From: Antedon mediterranea
Lineage: Eukaryota; Animalia; Echinodermata
Assembly (NCBI RefSeq): GCF_964355755.1
Contig: NC_092678.1
Span: 20,291,365 to 20,355,364, forward strand
Direction of reading: 5' to 3'
DNA length: 64,000 nucleotides
The notes below the pieces were generated by a model. The model did no database searches and had not been told where the DNA came from. It was given only the letters and a program-made list of their open reading frames with translations. The translations under genes were made by a program, and so were the position numbers. Of this stretch, positions 9,808-23,838 are shown in pieces. The stretch's first letter is position 1; every line of letters begins with the position of its first letter.

Positions 9808-9877
9808 GGCTCCTATGACACTGTTTCTTACTACTATTGTTTTTTCTTTTTTATTTTAGAAATGGAGACAAGATAAC

Positions 9878-11646
9878 ATGGCTAAATCAGGTAGAACTTA
9901 ATGGAATTCAAAGACTATGAAGCTTGATTTTACAATCATTGCATATAACATTCACCCTTCCTTACCTTACAGATGATAGAATAATGTGTAATCATTTCAG
10001 ACCAAGAAAATAATTATTTGCCATTACAAACTCTACTATGTTTGCATTTGCCTCATAATTTGCATTCAGAGTATATTTTGCTAAAGGATAACCAAGATTG
10101 TTTCTACTTTACATACTGTATTTATAAATAAAGTTGTTTCTGTTGTTATTGTTTTTTAAGAAATATTTGTGTTCAAACAAGTTGGTATGGTATTTTACAT
10201 TTTTGTTTTCTTTTTTTCCTAGAAATATCTGGCAAATCTTTTAACCAGACTTTGGTATGTTTTTCAACTTGGTATGATGACCGATCCCTCATCACAAAAC
10301 TGAAAGTTTTGTACCAAGGTTATATTGCAGATGCTGACATACACAATGCCACTATGACGATGGACTTAATGAAACAATTGACGAATTCTGGACATCTTAG
10401 TTCAAAAAATCTAACCCTTCTATATGATACCATAAAAGCTACTAAACAGTTTGGTATTGTAGACGAGCTTCGAGTTCACATACCAGTACCATCATTTTCT
10501 AGTGCTAAAGAGATGGTTATTTCAAAATTCAGTCATCATCAACAAAAAGTTCTGAATTTGGGTAATGTTCTAATAGAGGAGGATGTAATAAAAATTGACA
10601 ATATTTACAATGATCCACCAAAGAAGTATAAAGATGGATGGAACCTTATACTTCATCTACAACACAAAACCATCATATGTGAAGCAAAAATGGATGAATT
10701 TGTGGAGACCTTAAAAATTCTTAAAATTCCCCATGCTGTGGACATTTTTACTAAAGGTATATAGCCTACATTAATTCATTTTCAATAGTACATTTTGCAA
10801 TGTAGCACTACTGTATTAGAAAGATCTTAAATTGATGCAGGCCAAAGCATAGTATTTGATACTACAGTTAAATGAAATGTATTATCAGGTAGTATAAAAT
10901 ATTAGGAAGTTGAAATATTTAAACTCTACTGAAATTTAATATAGAAAGACACAATGTATCAAGTGGAACACAATATTGATTAGTTTTGTAGCATACAAAT
11001 TAAATAATGTTTGCTACAACAAGACATAATATTTACTATTATTTTAAAACCGTTTTCAATGAAATTCAACTCTTGCATTTATAGTCATTGTTTGCTAAAT
11101 AATGATTGAACTGTGATAAATTGTCAATTTTCTAAATATGTCTTTTTCAGCCATTAATGTATTTTTCTATTATTATTAAAGAGGCTCAATTACACTTAAC
11201 TCTGAAACGTAAACGAGGACGATCTAACTCAAGCTATCAACCTCCTTCGTCATCAGAAAGAAACCTTGATGAGTATCAACCTCCTCCTGGCCAAAGTACA
11301 AATCCTGTTGAGATTTTAGATCATCTTAACCAACATAAAGGCAATCTGAAGTTTGATGATGCATTGGAATTTACTGATAAACTACAAGAGCTTGTTAACT
11401 ACTACAGTCAGCGTGGTGTAAAATTAACCCTCATGACAGAAGGATGTATAGTCTTCCACTTATCTGTCATTGATAAATATGCGCTGATAAATTTACGTGA
11501 AATCCATGATAGTGGACAACTTTTGAAAGACTTAGCTGAAATATTAGTAGCAGAGGAAAATCAGCAGAAATTGTTTCAAAAGGAATGGATCACACACATT
11601 GATCAACTTGAATACCACAATGGACTTTGCATGCTCATAAAAAAAG
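9878..11646 (+). CDS. Host gene 5' exons: start exon 9878-9890, tandem death-effector-domain exon 10223-10756, TRADD-N-like exon 11182-11646
   Basis: Canonical AG/GT sites, all phase 1, join in frame: MAKSEISGKSFNQTLVCFSTWY...DLMKQL..SG.LS..NL.LL (DED), then a second helical repeat. GCIVFHL.....AL..L...HDSGQL...L..IL is TRADD-N-like. Confidence 0.78.
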
Positions 11647-12253
11647 GTAAACATGTTTTATCATGATCTCTATATATACTGGGTTTATCATCTAATTTTT
11701 CCCCCGAAGTACCCTTTCAGACACATTTGTAATTAGGTTATATGCATTATCATGCATATAACATATAATATTGACTATAACCTTATTGATTTTGTCAGAA
11801 TCTTTATTTATTTATTCTTTCCTTAGCACTATTTTGTTCGTCAATTATCTTGAGATCAATTTCATCAGCTAAGTCAATTTTTCAAAGTATATTCTTTATG
11901 GCCAGGAATCGATGTGGTTATGTTTTCACGATGCGCAATCAAAAATTACGCGATATTAACGAAATCACGTTTGGAATCATATCTTCACAAGCATGTATCA
12001 TAATCAAATTTGGTACTCATAAATTTCATGGCATATATTTTTTTTTTATTCGATCGAAAACAACAGCAATAATTACCGCCACTAACAGGTTTGATACAGA
12101 CAAAGACAGGACTGTTTAAAGCACCTTGATTGGTCCTAACATTGATCAAGGGCTTCTCTCGTCCAATGCCCACTGTTATGTTTGTGGGTTATGATGAAGA
12201 CAACGTTTTTTATCGTGCAGAATCAATCACACGGACACTCGTGGTTATGCGCC

Positions 12254-12312
12254 ATGATGAATGTGTTTTATTACTAGACTTTATGTTACAGCCGTTATTT
12301 CGATATATCACA
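12254..12312 (+). repeat. 59-bp direct repeat, copy 1 (copy 2 at 20417-20475)
   Basis: ATGATGAATGTG...GATATATCACA is identical at both places. Confidence 0.9.
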
Positions 12313-12721
12313 TCACTTCCTTCTATAAGTTAAGTATGACAGACAGTGTATATTATTTTACGAGTTATGTCAGATTAATGATTAAAGACTAAATTGTTAA
12401 AAAAAAACCCGAAACCAAAACTTCAAAACATTATAAAACTCCACTCTAAATTCTAACGATAACAATCATATGCCTCTCGTATTCTTATATAAGTAGCATC
12501 TTCTATGACTACAGTACCTGTACATACTATTGTGATGTTTTGTAACTAAAGTACCGTACAGTGCATATGTCTAAAAACTATAATAAGACTTAAAATCAAA
12601 CATTTTCTTTTTGTTTTGTTAATTAAAACGCTTTTATTTGGCCCTTTGGCAAAAAAAATGTAATCAATCATTTTGACAATTAAAAAGATATGTGTAATAT
12701 TGAAATTATATTATTATTTAG

Positions 12722-13548
12722 CGATTGAGGAACAAGAGCCACTTATGAAGTCTGATGACGTTTTCGTCAAAAAAGGTAGTGGAAATTTAGGGAAATCTGC
12801 TGCTTTAAAAAAGAGGTTTCCAAGACGACGTTCCTCGACCCCCAGCCTTCCTGATATACCAGAAAACAGTCAATTATCAGTGGTTCTACCAAAATGGTGC
12901 TATCGTAAGAATTAAGATCGTTCAATATTCTTTGATTTGCGTGCTTTAAAAAATTAAACATAATGTGTTTTAACTTCTATGAATTATTGCTTAAAACACT
13001 TTTTTGTTTTCATATAGCGTACCTATAATTTGTTTTTAATGGTATACAGTAACGCCTAAATAGATTTCTGTCATTTGATTTCACCCTATTTTTGTCGGCG
13101 GAAGATAAATAAAAAAAAAAGAATAGATCCTTATATTTTATTTTTTATTTTATTTATTTCATGGATTACTTTTTTTATGTGAAGCGCATTTATGACATTA
13201 TGTGCTTAAAAGTCCAAATTTATTATTATTATTGAATAAAAACATATTTTATTTTCATAGAGGATAGGGCAAGAGTTGAACCGGAACATGTTTCTGAAAT
13301 CTCAAAACACATTGGGAAAGAAGTAGCAAGGATTGGTTTCATGCTTGACTTAACAAAAGGGGAAGTGGAAACTATTGAGCATGACCACAAGTCAGATCTA
13401 TCTAGACAGAATTTAGTAGTTTTGCAGATATGGTTGGAAAAGAGAGGTGTTTTTGCTACGAAAAGTGTTCTTGCACGTGCTCTTAACAGTATTGGAAGAC
13501 CCGAACTTGCATTAAAATATTTATGGACTGACCAAGAATGGAAACAAG
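12722..13548 (+). CDS. Linker exon 12722-12904 plus death-domain exon 13261-13548 (paralog 1; no protease exon follows)
   Basis: Phase-1 splice sites. ISKHIG.E..RIG..L.L...EVETIEHDH..D...Q...VL..W.......T..VL..AL..IGR.ELA is a death-domain pattern. Same 288-nt exon length as 49149-49436. Confidence 0.8.
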
Positions 13549-13992
13549 GTAATTCCTTTAGTTTGAATGTTTGTTTTCATGAAAAAGACGTATATTTAAA
13601 GCCATGACCATAGAGATAATATTGAATAACTAGACAGTCAACTCTAACACAATCACATCTCTTTTTAACATGGAGAGGAACCATCCAAATACTGCTGCAT
13701 CGCATTAGCTGTGCCGTGCCTACTACTTGGCCATTCACCACTATATCTCTGTTGTAGTATGTTAAATGTATCAAATGTATTCTTTTACTTTAAATAATTT
13801 CATTTCACTTTCATCAACAATAGTTAATTTTATAAAAAGTGTACTGTATTTAAAACAAATATGTTGCCATTTCGGGGAGTCCTTGCCCTGTCAAATTACT
13901 AATTCTTAAGTTTTTTTCAAAATCAAACATTTTCTTCTTTGTTAAACACTTCGAACAATAACCAACATTTTTAATTTGAACTTCTAATAAAA

Positions 13993-16900
13993 TTATGCTT
14001 CTTCGATCAACCTGCTTCTTGCTTTCTTAATTCTGTGTGGTTTAGTATTAGGACTTTTAAATACATTCACATCACTCCTCTCAACATTTTGAGTAGATTT
14101 TGTACTACCTGTATCAACAATCATATGATCAGGGTGCATCACTTTGACACCGTGTGAAGTATGGATTTCATACTTTCTAGGTCCTAAACATTGGGTTACG
14201 ACTCCCTTCAACCATTTTTCTTCTTTGGATTTGGGTCGCATGTTCTTAATTAAAACATTATCATCGATATGAAATTGTCTTTCTTGATTAACATGACTTT
14301 CACTTTCTGTGACTTTTGTTTTTCTTCGACCCTTTGAGCCATGTTTGGACTAACTAAGGATAGTCGTGTACGTAACTTACGTTTCATTAATAACTCAGCA
14401 GGAGTAAGTCCTGTAGTGGAGTGTGGAGTCGTCTATCAAAATCAAAAAATTGTCGCCGTTCTTTTCTGCAAAATCTATATGTACTCTCTGAAACGGTCTA
14501 CTGGGCCATTTCCAAGGTAATAAGGGGGTGCTAGGTGGGACATTTCTCATACTCTGACAAGTATTACATCTCTTAACTACTACTTCAATATCACAGTCCA
14601 ACTTGGGCCACCATACGTATGATCTGGCAATGGCTTTCATCGCACATATTCCGGGATGCTCCCAATGCATTTCATCAAGCACTTTAGAACGTAGTTTAGA
14701 AGGGATTATGACCCTGGAGCCCCAAAGTAAGCAATTGCCTTCACACGATAGCTCAAGTTGTCTGTTTACATATGGTTTTATATCATCATCAAAATTGTCA
14801 ACGTTTGGCCATCCATGTTTTACATAGTTAAGTACTTTACATAATATATTGTCTCTTAGTGTTTCTTTCTCAATGTCTTTTGCTGTTATCGGAAAGTCGT
14901 CTTCAATCGCGGTAACGTTAAATACGCTTTGCTCTAGGTCGCATTCATCGCTCTTTATTGGTAGTCGCGATAAAGCATCTGCAACCGCGTTCTCGTTTGA
15001 CGAAATATACTGTATATCATAATCGTATTGGTTTAACAGAAGAGCCCATCTTTGGATACGTCCTGCAGCCATTACTGGGACTTCAGTAGTTGGACCAAAG
15101 ATTTTCAGAAGTGGTTTATGGTCCGTCTTGATGGTAAACTTTCTACCCATAAGATATTTGTAAAATCGTTTGATGCCGTAGATGATTGCAAGTGCCTCTT
15201 TTTCTATCATGCTGTAATTTATTTCACTTTTGGTTAATGTTCTTGAAGCGTAGTGTATGGGTAACCTCGATCCATCATCCATCTGATGCATTATTACCGA
15301 TCCGATTCCATACTGACTAGCATCGCATTCAAGAATTATTTTTCGCTTAGTATCGTAGTGTGTCAGACATGATTCGCTGCTTAGGCTTTCTTTGCACCAT
15401 TTAAAAGCTTGTTCTTGTTCATTTTTCCATTGCCACTCGACATCGTCACGAAGCAGCATGTTCAACGGTTGTATGCGCGTAGACAGATTTGGCATGAATT
15501 TTGAATAAAATTGCACCATGCCAAGAAATGATCGAAGCTGTGTAACAGTTTCTGGTCTCGCTGCATCTTTGATTGGTTTAACTTTGTCGTCAATCGGTGC
15601 GATTCCATGTTTGTCAACTCTAAGTCCAAGATATATTACTTCATCTTCTAGGAATTTACATTTCGCTCTCTTCAAACGAACATTATAGTGGTCAAATCGT
15701 CGAAAAACTTCTTTGATTATTGCCAAGTTTTCCTTGACTGTCTTTGTACTAATCAGCACATCGTCCTGATTACATAATACATTATTAATACCATTCAAAA
15801 TCTTATCCATTTTACCCTGGAATATTTTTGAGGCTGGTTTTACACCGTATGGTAGTTTGTTGTATGAGTAAAGACCTTTATGGGTGTTAATTGTAACATA
15901 TTTTTGACTCTCATCATCTAGATTTAGTTGAGCATATGCATGGGATAAATCTAATTTAGTAAAAATACATTTTCCTGCTAACTCTGCATATAAATCATCT
16001 GAGCTTGGAAGGCTATATACCTCATCATCAATAAACTTATTGATCGTTACACTATAATCGCCACAGATTCTAACTGTGCCATCACTTTTTGGAACAACTA
16101 CGATTGGTGTTGCCCAATCACTCTTATCTACTTTGTGTATAACACTATTTTCCTCCAATTTCTTAAGCTCATCTTCAACTTTACATTTGTTGGCATAGGG
16201 GACAAATCTTGCTTTAACATACACAGGGGTAACATTTTCTTTAACATTAATGTGAGCAAGTTCATGTTTCATGCCCTCATACGAATCTTCAAATAATTTA
16301 CCATATTTGTTCAGTAAACCGTTCAAAGTCATAACGTCATTTTTACCCTTATTTACAGATGTGTTATGTTGTTCTACATTCTTGTCTTGCTTACAACTAT
16401 TTACAGTTTTAGAGTTTAACCCTTTCGTGATCTCTTTCCAATTTAACTTTACAACAGCAAGCCAATCTAGTCCTAGTAGTGTAGGTCTATTACTGTAATC
16501 AACCACATTAGCAGTTAAGTTGTGTGCATTACCATCACAATCAATAACATTACACTTTACTTTACCAAGTATCTTTAATCTCTCACCACTATAGTATAAG
16601 TTTTGAGTGGTATGATATCATCATTAGTGATTGGAATATTACTAAAATACTTATTGTAAGTATCGATACTCATTATTGTGTCATCAGCTTGTGTATCTAT
16701 GTACATTTGTAACTCACTACCATTTACATTTAATACAATTCTAAACTTATCTCTATGTAATCTATCATCATTAGTACACATAAACATATCATGTTCCTCA
16801 TCGTCCTCGTAATAATCGTGTTGTTGTCTTTGAGTTTGGTTGACTCGGTGACCACGCGGGCGACGTGAAGCACTATTTCCGCGTCCTCCGCGTGCACCGC

Positions 16901-17360
16901 GTCCTCCTCTCTGCTGATAATGTGATGCGTGCTGCTGTGTATTGCGACAACAACTTGCAAAATGGCCAATTTTACTGCAATTATAGCATTTTTTATCATT
17001 TATTCATTTTATTATTTATTTAGTGTTTGGTGGGTTAGAGCTTCTCTTTACTTTATTTATCTCACCTGATTGTTCAGTACCGCCATCATCGAAATTGGGT
17101 TTAGGATTTTCAATGCTCTCCGCTCGTAATTTTGCTGTTTCTAGAGATCTCGCTTCATTTAATACCTCTGCCAATGTCCATGCTGGGTGTTTAAATATTT
17201 CTCTCCTTAGCTTTTTGTTGCTTGTTTTCTGTAGTATTTGAGCACGTATTTCGTTATCTAGATTATTAAACTGGCAGTGTTCGCCTTCGATTTTTAGCCG
17301 TGTTACAAATTGATCAACGGTCTCATGTACTCCCTGTTTTAACTCACGAAACGTGTATAC
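13993..17360 (-). mobile_element. Decayed Gypsy (Mag-like) retrotransposon internal region
   Basis: Gag (TFRELKQG..E.VD.FV.RL), CCHC knuckle CYNCSKIGHFASCC (~16990), protease IDTQA, RT (CGDY, LDLSHAY, LPYG, NQDD), RNase H (DAS, EKEALA, TDHKPL), integrase HHCC. Frameshifts present, most of the integrase core is deleted near 14430, and the 5' end is lost. A possible PPT/LTR remnant lies near 13570-13666. Confidence 0.92.
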
Positions 17361-20300
17361 TGATAAAGAAATTAAGAAGAAAAATATCGGTGATTATTAA
17401 CACACCTTACTCTAGTAAAGCTAGTAAAACGAGAGGCCGAGTAATGAGCAATCTTATAACTATTGAGAATACTAAGTACATGAACATAAACGTTTTTTCG
17501 TGCCCCAAGATTTTGTTAACAATGTAAGGTCAATTAGAAACAAAGTGGATGAATTTGAGGCTACCCTTAGCAAATACAAAATTGACTTGGCAGTTGTAAC
17601 TGAGACGTGGTTAAATGCCGAAACTGAAAATTTAGCAACTATTCCTGGATATCAACATTTCAATAAGATGCGTGTTGGAAGGAAAGGTGGTGGAGTATCT
17701 GTGTACTCAGTTGACAGGCTAATTATGAATCACACTGAACACCATGATCAGTGTAATTTTGAGTGTCTTTGGTGTTGTATTACAATACCCAATAACATCA
17801 GGCGCTTGAAACACTTATATGTTGGTGCGATATATTATCCACCCGCAGCGGCTGGAGCTGAACAACTTGTATCGCATGTGATTGAAACAGTCGACAGGAT
17901 ACGCAGTGCCAACCATGAAGTTCCAATTATAATTCTAGGTGACTTCAACGACCTTAATACTAATGAGCTTTGTGACAATCTTGGCCTAACTCAAGTAGTT
18001 AATTTTCATACACGGAAAGATTCTACACTTGACAAAATTTTTATGAATTACCCTGAATTATATGATGATATACTGTAGTACGGAAAGCACCCATTGGGAG
18101 CAGTGATCACGTCTCGGTGTTAATGAAGCCTATAACTTGTTTACCTAAAAATGATCATTTCGCGGTAAAGATTAGACCTATGAAGGACTCGTCCATGAGG
18201 CAATTTGGCCAGTGGTTAGTTGATTATGAATGGAATAATGTCTACGACCTTATGGATACAAATGATAAAACTGCGATGCTACTGTAGCTACTACTCTACA
18301 AAATGCCTATTATAGTAATTTCCCGACTGAGTTGCTGAAAATGAGGAGTACTGATCACCCATGGCTTACGAAAAGAGTGAAACAACTCATAAAGCAACGA
18401 CAAAAAGCATATGTTAAATTTGGAAAATCTAGCAAGTGGAAAAAACTTCGAAATGGTGTACAAAAAGCGATTATGGACGCGAAAAAATCTTACTACCAAG
18501 ACGCGATTTCTGGCCTTCACAATTCGGACTCCTCCAAATGGCACAAGAATGTTGGAAAACTTTGTAATCTTAATCAGAAGCAGTCATTTAGCATTCCAGG
18601 TCTTAACGAAAAGGAAACCACTGAATCAATTAATCAGCACTTTGCGGATGTCTGTTGCCAATTACCTGCTCTGGACCAAAACAACTTGCCTGCATATCTT
18701 CCATCCTCGCAGCCGCCTCCTGAAATCTATCCTGGACAGGTCCAGAGATTGCTACAATCAATAAAACCCAAAAAGGCAGGACATCCAGAAGACCTGCCTG
18801 CTAAACTTTTAAGAGAATGTGCTTTTGAACTAGCGCCCCCTATAACCAATGTGTTTAACTGCGCCCTAAAAGCAGGTACTTTCCCTGATAGGTGGAAGCA
18901 TGCGACAGTAGTACCTGTCCCTAAAATCAAAGGAGCTAATACCTGTAACGATCTGCGTCCTATTTCACTTACACCCTTATTAGCAAGAACTTTTGAGACT
19001 TTTTTAGTTAATTGGATCATAGAGGACATTAGCGTTAAGCTTGATAGTCGACAATTCGGGAGCCGCAAGGGTGCATCCACCACCCATTACTTAATTAGTT
19101 TAATTGATTCTGTATTGAAGGATACTGATGGTAAACATTGTTATGTTAATTTATGCGCGGTTGATTTTGCTAAAGCCTTTGATCGGGTTGATCATACTAT
19201 AATTATTAACAAATTAATAGATATCGGAGTGAGATCATCCATAATACCCATCATCTGCAGCTTCCTTACTAATAGAGGCATCAATACCAGAGTGGGTAAG
19301 ACCATCTCGGGTACAAGAAAGATCACCTGCGGCGTGCCCCAGACTAATTAATGATGCCAGTCTAGGAAGCTGCAGAAGATGGAAGTATGTGGATGATCTC
19401 ACTCTAGGTGAAGTCGTGAAAAAAAACAATAATTCCCATTTACAGGTCTCCCTTGATGACTTGGATGACTGGTGTAAAGCTAACAATATGTTGCCTAAAC
19501 CGTCTAATGCCATGTTATGACAATTAATTTTTTGCGTAATGCTAGTGAGTTCCAGCCATTCACCCTCAACAATACTATCCTTGAATGTGTTGGCAACCTC
19601 AAACTGTTAGGGGTTACTATTCAAGATAACATGAAATGGGACATGCATGTCACAGACATAGTCTCTAAGGCATCTCGAAAGATGTTTGCTTTATTTGTGA
19701 TGAGGAGGTCTCGCGCGTCTGTGAATGACCTGATCAAGGTGTTCTGTTGCTATATTAGACCTATTCTTGAGTATGCATGCCCTGTGTGGCATGGTGCAAT
19801 TACTAAAAAATTAGCACATAAAATTGAAGCTGTTCAAAAAAGAGCTCTAAGAACTATCCTGGGAAAAAATTATATATCGTACGATTTAGCTTTAGAGGAG
19901 ACGCAACTCCTTTCGCTTGCGGCAAGGAGGGAAAGTCTGGTGCGTTCCTTTGGTCAGGGTCTCATAAAATCGACTTTGCACAGGGATATGCTCCCTCCTT
20001 GCCGCAAGCGAAAATTAAACCTTAGATCCAATGGTGGAAATCTGGAAGTGCCTAAATGCAAAACCGACAGATATAAACGGTCTGCTGTACCGTATATTGT
20101 TAATCTGCTTAACTCGAAATAATTTTTTTTATATAGGATTTTTATAAGAAAATAAATAAATTCATTTAAATTAATACTATTGTATATATTGCTTAAAATA
20201 AATTAAAACCTTGATAAATATTTTTAAAATACTAGATAAATTTTAATGATTAATGTACAGTATATTTATTTTTCTTATGCATTTTGTAAATTGTTTTGTA

Positions 20301-20416
20301 TTTTTTATCTGTAATGTAAATTTTTTATATAATGTGCTACAATAATTTCAGACTTGTTCTGCTTTTTGTAATGTTTTATATACCGAAATAAATAAAATAA
20401 ATAAATAAATAAATAA
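17361..20416 (+). mobile_element. Decayed CR1/L2-group LINE (APE endonuclease + RT)
   Basis: NVRSI, VTETWL, GGGV, YYPP, GDFN, LD, SDH; RPISLT, QFG, DFAKAFD, GVPQ, KYVDD. Stops, frameshifts and a deletion after GVPQ. (AAAT)n tail at ~20386-20416. Confidence 0.92.
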
Positions 20417-20475
20417 ATGATGAATGTGTTTTATTACTAGACTTTATGTTACAGCCGTTATTTCGATATATCACA

Positions 20476-20680
20476 CCCACCTTGACCAGAACGTCTGAGG
20501 CAGATACTAGATGCAGGGGCTGCCATATTAAGAGTCAGCAATGCTGATTGTAAACGGGACCCCAGCTCAGTATACAGCAGATTTCCAGATGGTCTCCCAT
20601 CCAAGCTCTAACCACCCCCCGACGCTGCTTAATTTCGGTGATATGACGAGAACCGCTGTTTCAACGTGGTAAAGCCGTAT
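20476..20680 (-). mobile_element. 5S rRNA-derived SINE (SINE3-type) or 5S pseudogene with attached body
   Basis: Minus strand TACGGCTTTACCACGTTGAAA..CGGTTCTCGTC..ATCACCGAAATTAAGC...TGGTTAGAGCTTGGATGGGAGACC is a diverged 5S with box A/C. ~90 nt of GC-richer non-5S sequence follows with no oligo-T terminator. Confidence 0.75.
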
Positions 20681-20930
20681 TTCATCATATGGCAATACAA
20701 TTACGTGCGTAGCGCACATAACGCATGTGTACGCGCGCTTATAATTTTAAAAATAGATTTTCCATGAAATTAAAGTACTTTTCAGGAAATTGTAAGCGTT
20801 TACAAAATTTTTATGATTTTCGCGTTAAACGTTATATGCACTCTTTTTGTTTTACAACCTTTCTAAAATAATTTCATCATATTTTATTCACGTTTTAATT
20901 CGAAATTGCGTTATACGAGCACGTCAAAAG

Positions 20931-21235
20931 TACGGTGGCCCACAACTGTCACGCACTCTATACAAATCATATTCACACAATTAAAGAAGGAATCACACAA
21001 TTAAAGAAGAAATCACACAATTAAAGAAGGAATCGCATATAAACAAAAGAAAGCATGAAAATATAAAACGAAATGCACAAATAAAGAAGAAAAGAGCTAA
21101 GCATAATTAAAGAAGTCCGCAACAAATTCGAAAGCTCCTCGCACAATTATAGAAGTCCGCAACAAATTCGAAAGCTCCTCGCACAATTAAAGAAGTCCGC
21201 AACAAATTTGAAAGTACCTCGCACAATTAAAGTAC
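20931..21235 (+). repeat. Dispersed repeat end (TACGGTGGCCCACAACTGTCACGCAC...) with internal CACAATTAAAGAAG subrepeats; second copy 60804-61098
   Basis: Two near-identical copies 40 kb apart. Resembles a non-autonomous DNA-transposon end; the matching other end was not found. Confidence 0.75.
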
Positions 21236-21289
21236 AGTAGTCCGTATGGAACGCCATCACTGCCTCCGGCAGCAAACTTTAATTCTATT

Positions 21290-21525
21290 CGGCTCTTATT
21301 CGGCCCATTTACCATTACGTTCGGCTCTTTCAGCATTCGGCGCATTTCTATTCGGCCCATTTACCATTACGTTCGGCTCTTTCAGCATTCGGCTCTTTTT
21401 TATTCGGCCCATTTACCATTACGTTCGGCTCTTTCAGCATTCGGCTCTTTTTTATTCGGCCCATTTACCATTACGTTCGGCTCTTTCAGCATTCGGCTCT
21501 TTTTTATTCGGCCCATTTACCATTA
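21290..21525 (+). repeat. Minisatellite, about 4 copies of TATTCGGCCCATTTACCATTACGTTCGGCTCTTTCAGCATTCGGCTC...
   Basis: Direct tandem repetition; it explains the 21246-21542 ORF. Confidence 0.9.
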
Positions 21526-22098
21526 TGTGTTATAGATTTTAACATAACGCCAGTGCGCCCTCTTGGACTGGCGATGTTTGTCCGTTTTTGCTGTCCCATG
21601 TAGTTATATTGAGTTATTATTAAAGTCATTAAAATACATTACTCGCATTACATCAGTCAACCTTATTGGCGTAAGAGATGTGAATAGTGAAAATGATCTT
21701 ATTAGTTGCACTATGGTTCTCAAATCACTTCACTACATGATAGAAAATACTGCTTTAGTTTGATTTTCGTTTTCTTTGCATTGTTTGGATATATAATTTT
21801 GTTATTCTGAAATAAAATGATCAATCAAGTGAATTTTTAAAACAATCAAACGTTGACTTGCTTTTTTATAAAACAATTAAATACCCTTTTTTGTGATCTT
21901 TTATTTTTCTGTTTAATAGTGAAAGATGGGTTGTGCAATGTTTAGTTTCATTCATTTGCATAACATTTCTACATAAATGATGATATTTAATTTTGCTGAC
22001 ACTGGGGCTTATGAAGTGAATAAAGAAATCACACAATTTAGAAGATTTTTGTAAAATTAAGATTCATACATTTTTATTTATTATATCTTATCAATTAG

Positions 22099-23804
22099 CC
22101 AAATCAGAGACATTTGTTGAAAAAAGATCAGAAGAATCAAAAGCAGGTGAGGTATAATACTGTAAACACCATAATTATTTCAAGTTGAAATTGCAAATGA
22201 ATATGCAAATGGACTTGAATTCAAATTAGGTCCACAAACATATTCATTCTGCTACATCAATTCTAATTCTCAATCTTGTATTCTAATGATTAAAACATTC
22301 AAGATGTCCGCAACCAATGACCACATTTTAATTCTTGAGACCTTAAAACATATAACAATTACTTTCTTAATTTTACTGTACTAGTTGTTTAGTTACATTT
22401 TACAATAATGTTAACTAGGGGTGGCTGTGGCCTATCTTGTTCAAAGTGATACATCTGCCAATACAATTTAAAAATAAAGTGAATTTTGACCACTTTCCAC
22501 CATTCCGGCTAAATTAACCTCCTGCAAAGCATATTACTGGGATGTATCTTTGTCTTGATATTAATAGAGAAATCACACGATGCATCGTATCAGCCACTGA
22601 AGAAGGAATTACCATTCAGTTCTGAACCAAGTGAAATAAAGTTATTACCAGGTGAATTACAGTTATTTCAATTCAGACCAATTACAAATTGCTTTTATTG
22701 GAAAGAGTGAAGCAAGCATAAAACTACCAGTTAAAAAGTAGTTTGTTTTATGATTTTTATTAATCATTCAAAGTTCTCATTTATGTCTTTTAGAAGAATC
22801 TACGTATTCAGTGCGTCCTAAAATAGGTAAAGTTTTATAGTATAAGTTTTTTTCGTTTCTGTTATGTTTACATATCACTCAGTACTAGATTTTATTATCT
22901 TTGTGAACGCATAGTTGTCGAGAAGATCTGGCCTCAATTCATGTAAGCTAGAAGTTCCCACAACAACCAGGAGAACCTTTGCTGACAGATCTTTTGACGT
23001 CTAAGGTCCACGGTTATGGAACGATCTTCCAGTGACCATTCGGTCTGAAACTAATTTTGATAGCTTTAAGCGTAAACTAAAATGTTTCTTTTCCAACAAG
23101 TTTATGGAACATAATTTTGATGTACAGCGCTTTTGATAATGGTTCATTCTAAGAGCGCTATATCAGATGTGTAATGTGATGTATACCAATAACTTTTTTT
23201 CTGCCACTACAGCATTGTATATATTACCTACATACACCATTTTGACAAATCTTTCCAAAACCATTTTCTATATAAAATATAATGAATCTATGAATGATTA
23301 AATCGGGTAGGTTGAACAATTTTATTGCAAACTGTTTCAATAGCAATTTACACTCGATTTGAACTTGTTGCTTTGGATGAGTTAGGTTATCCGGACAAAC
23401 TCAACAAACTGTACAGTACGTTAAAATATAAACGTGAAACATGAAGAAACAACTTTGGAAGTTAATTGTCTGGGCAACATAATATATATTAATATTTTGA
23501 CATGAATTCATATCTACAATTCAGCAGCTTCCATGTTTTAATTTTCATTCTGAGGAGCTATAACAGATTGGAATATACTATATAGATGAAATTAAGTAAC
23601 CCACTTCATTAAAATGTTATAAAATCTACTTTATTATTTTTAATCTTAACAGCAAATTAAAATTCATTTGAGTGATAATTATAAATTTGCCACTCAGTTC
23701 TAAAATAAAACAACATGAACCAAAACAAAGGTTCTGAATAAAGTGGCTTGAATCAAGTGATAATTATGAATTTTGTGTTATTTTTGTATTTTTTGAAATG
23801 AAAA

Positions 23805-23838
<34 letters not shown>

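Noticed and set aside
20568-20680. Functional 5S rRNA gene
   Set aside because: Many substitutions, degraded terminal helix, no oligo-T terminator, single copy.
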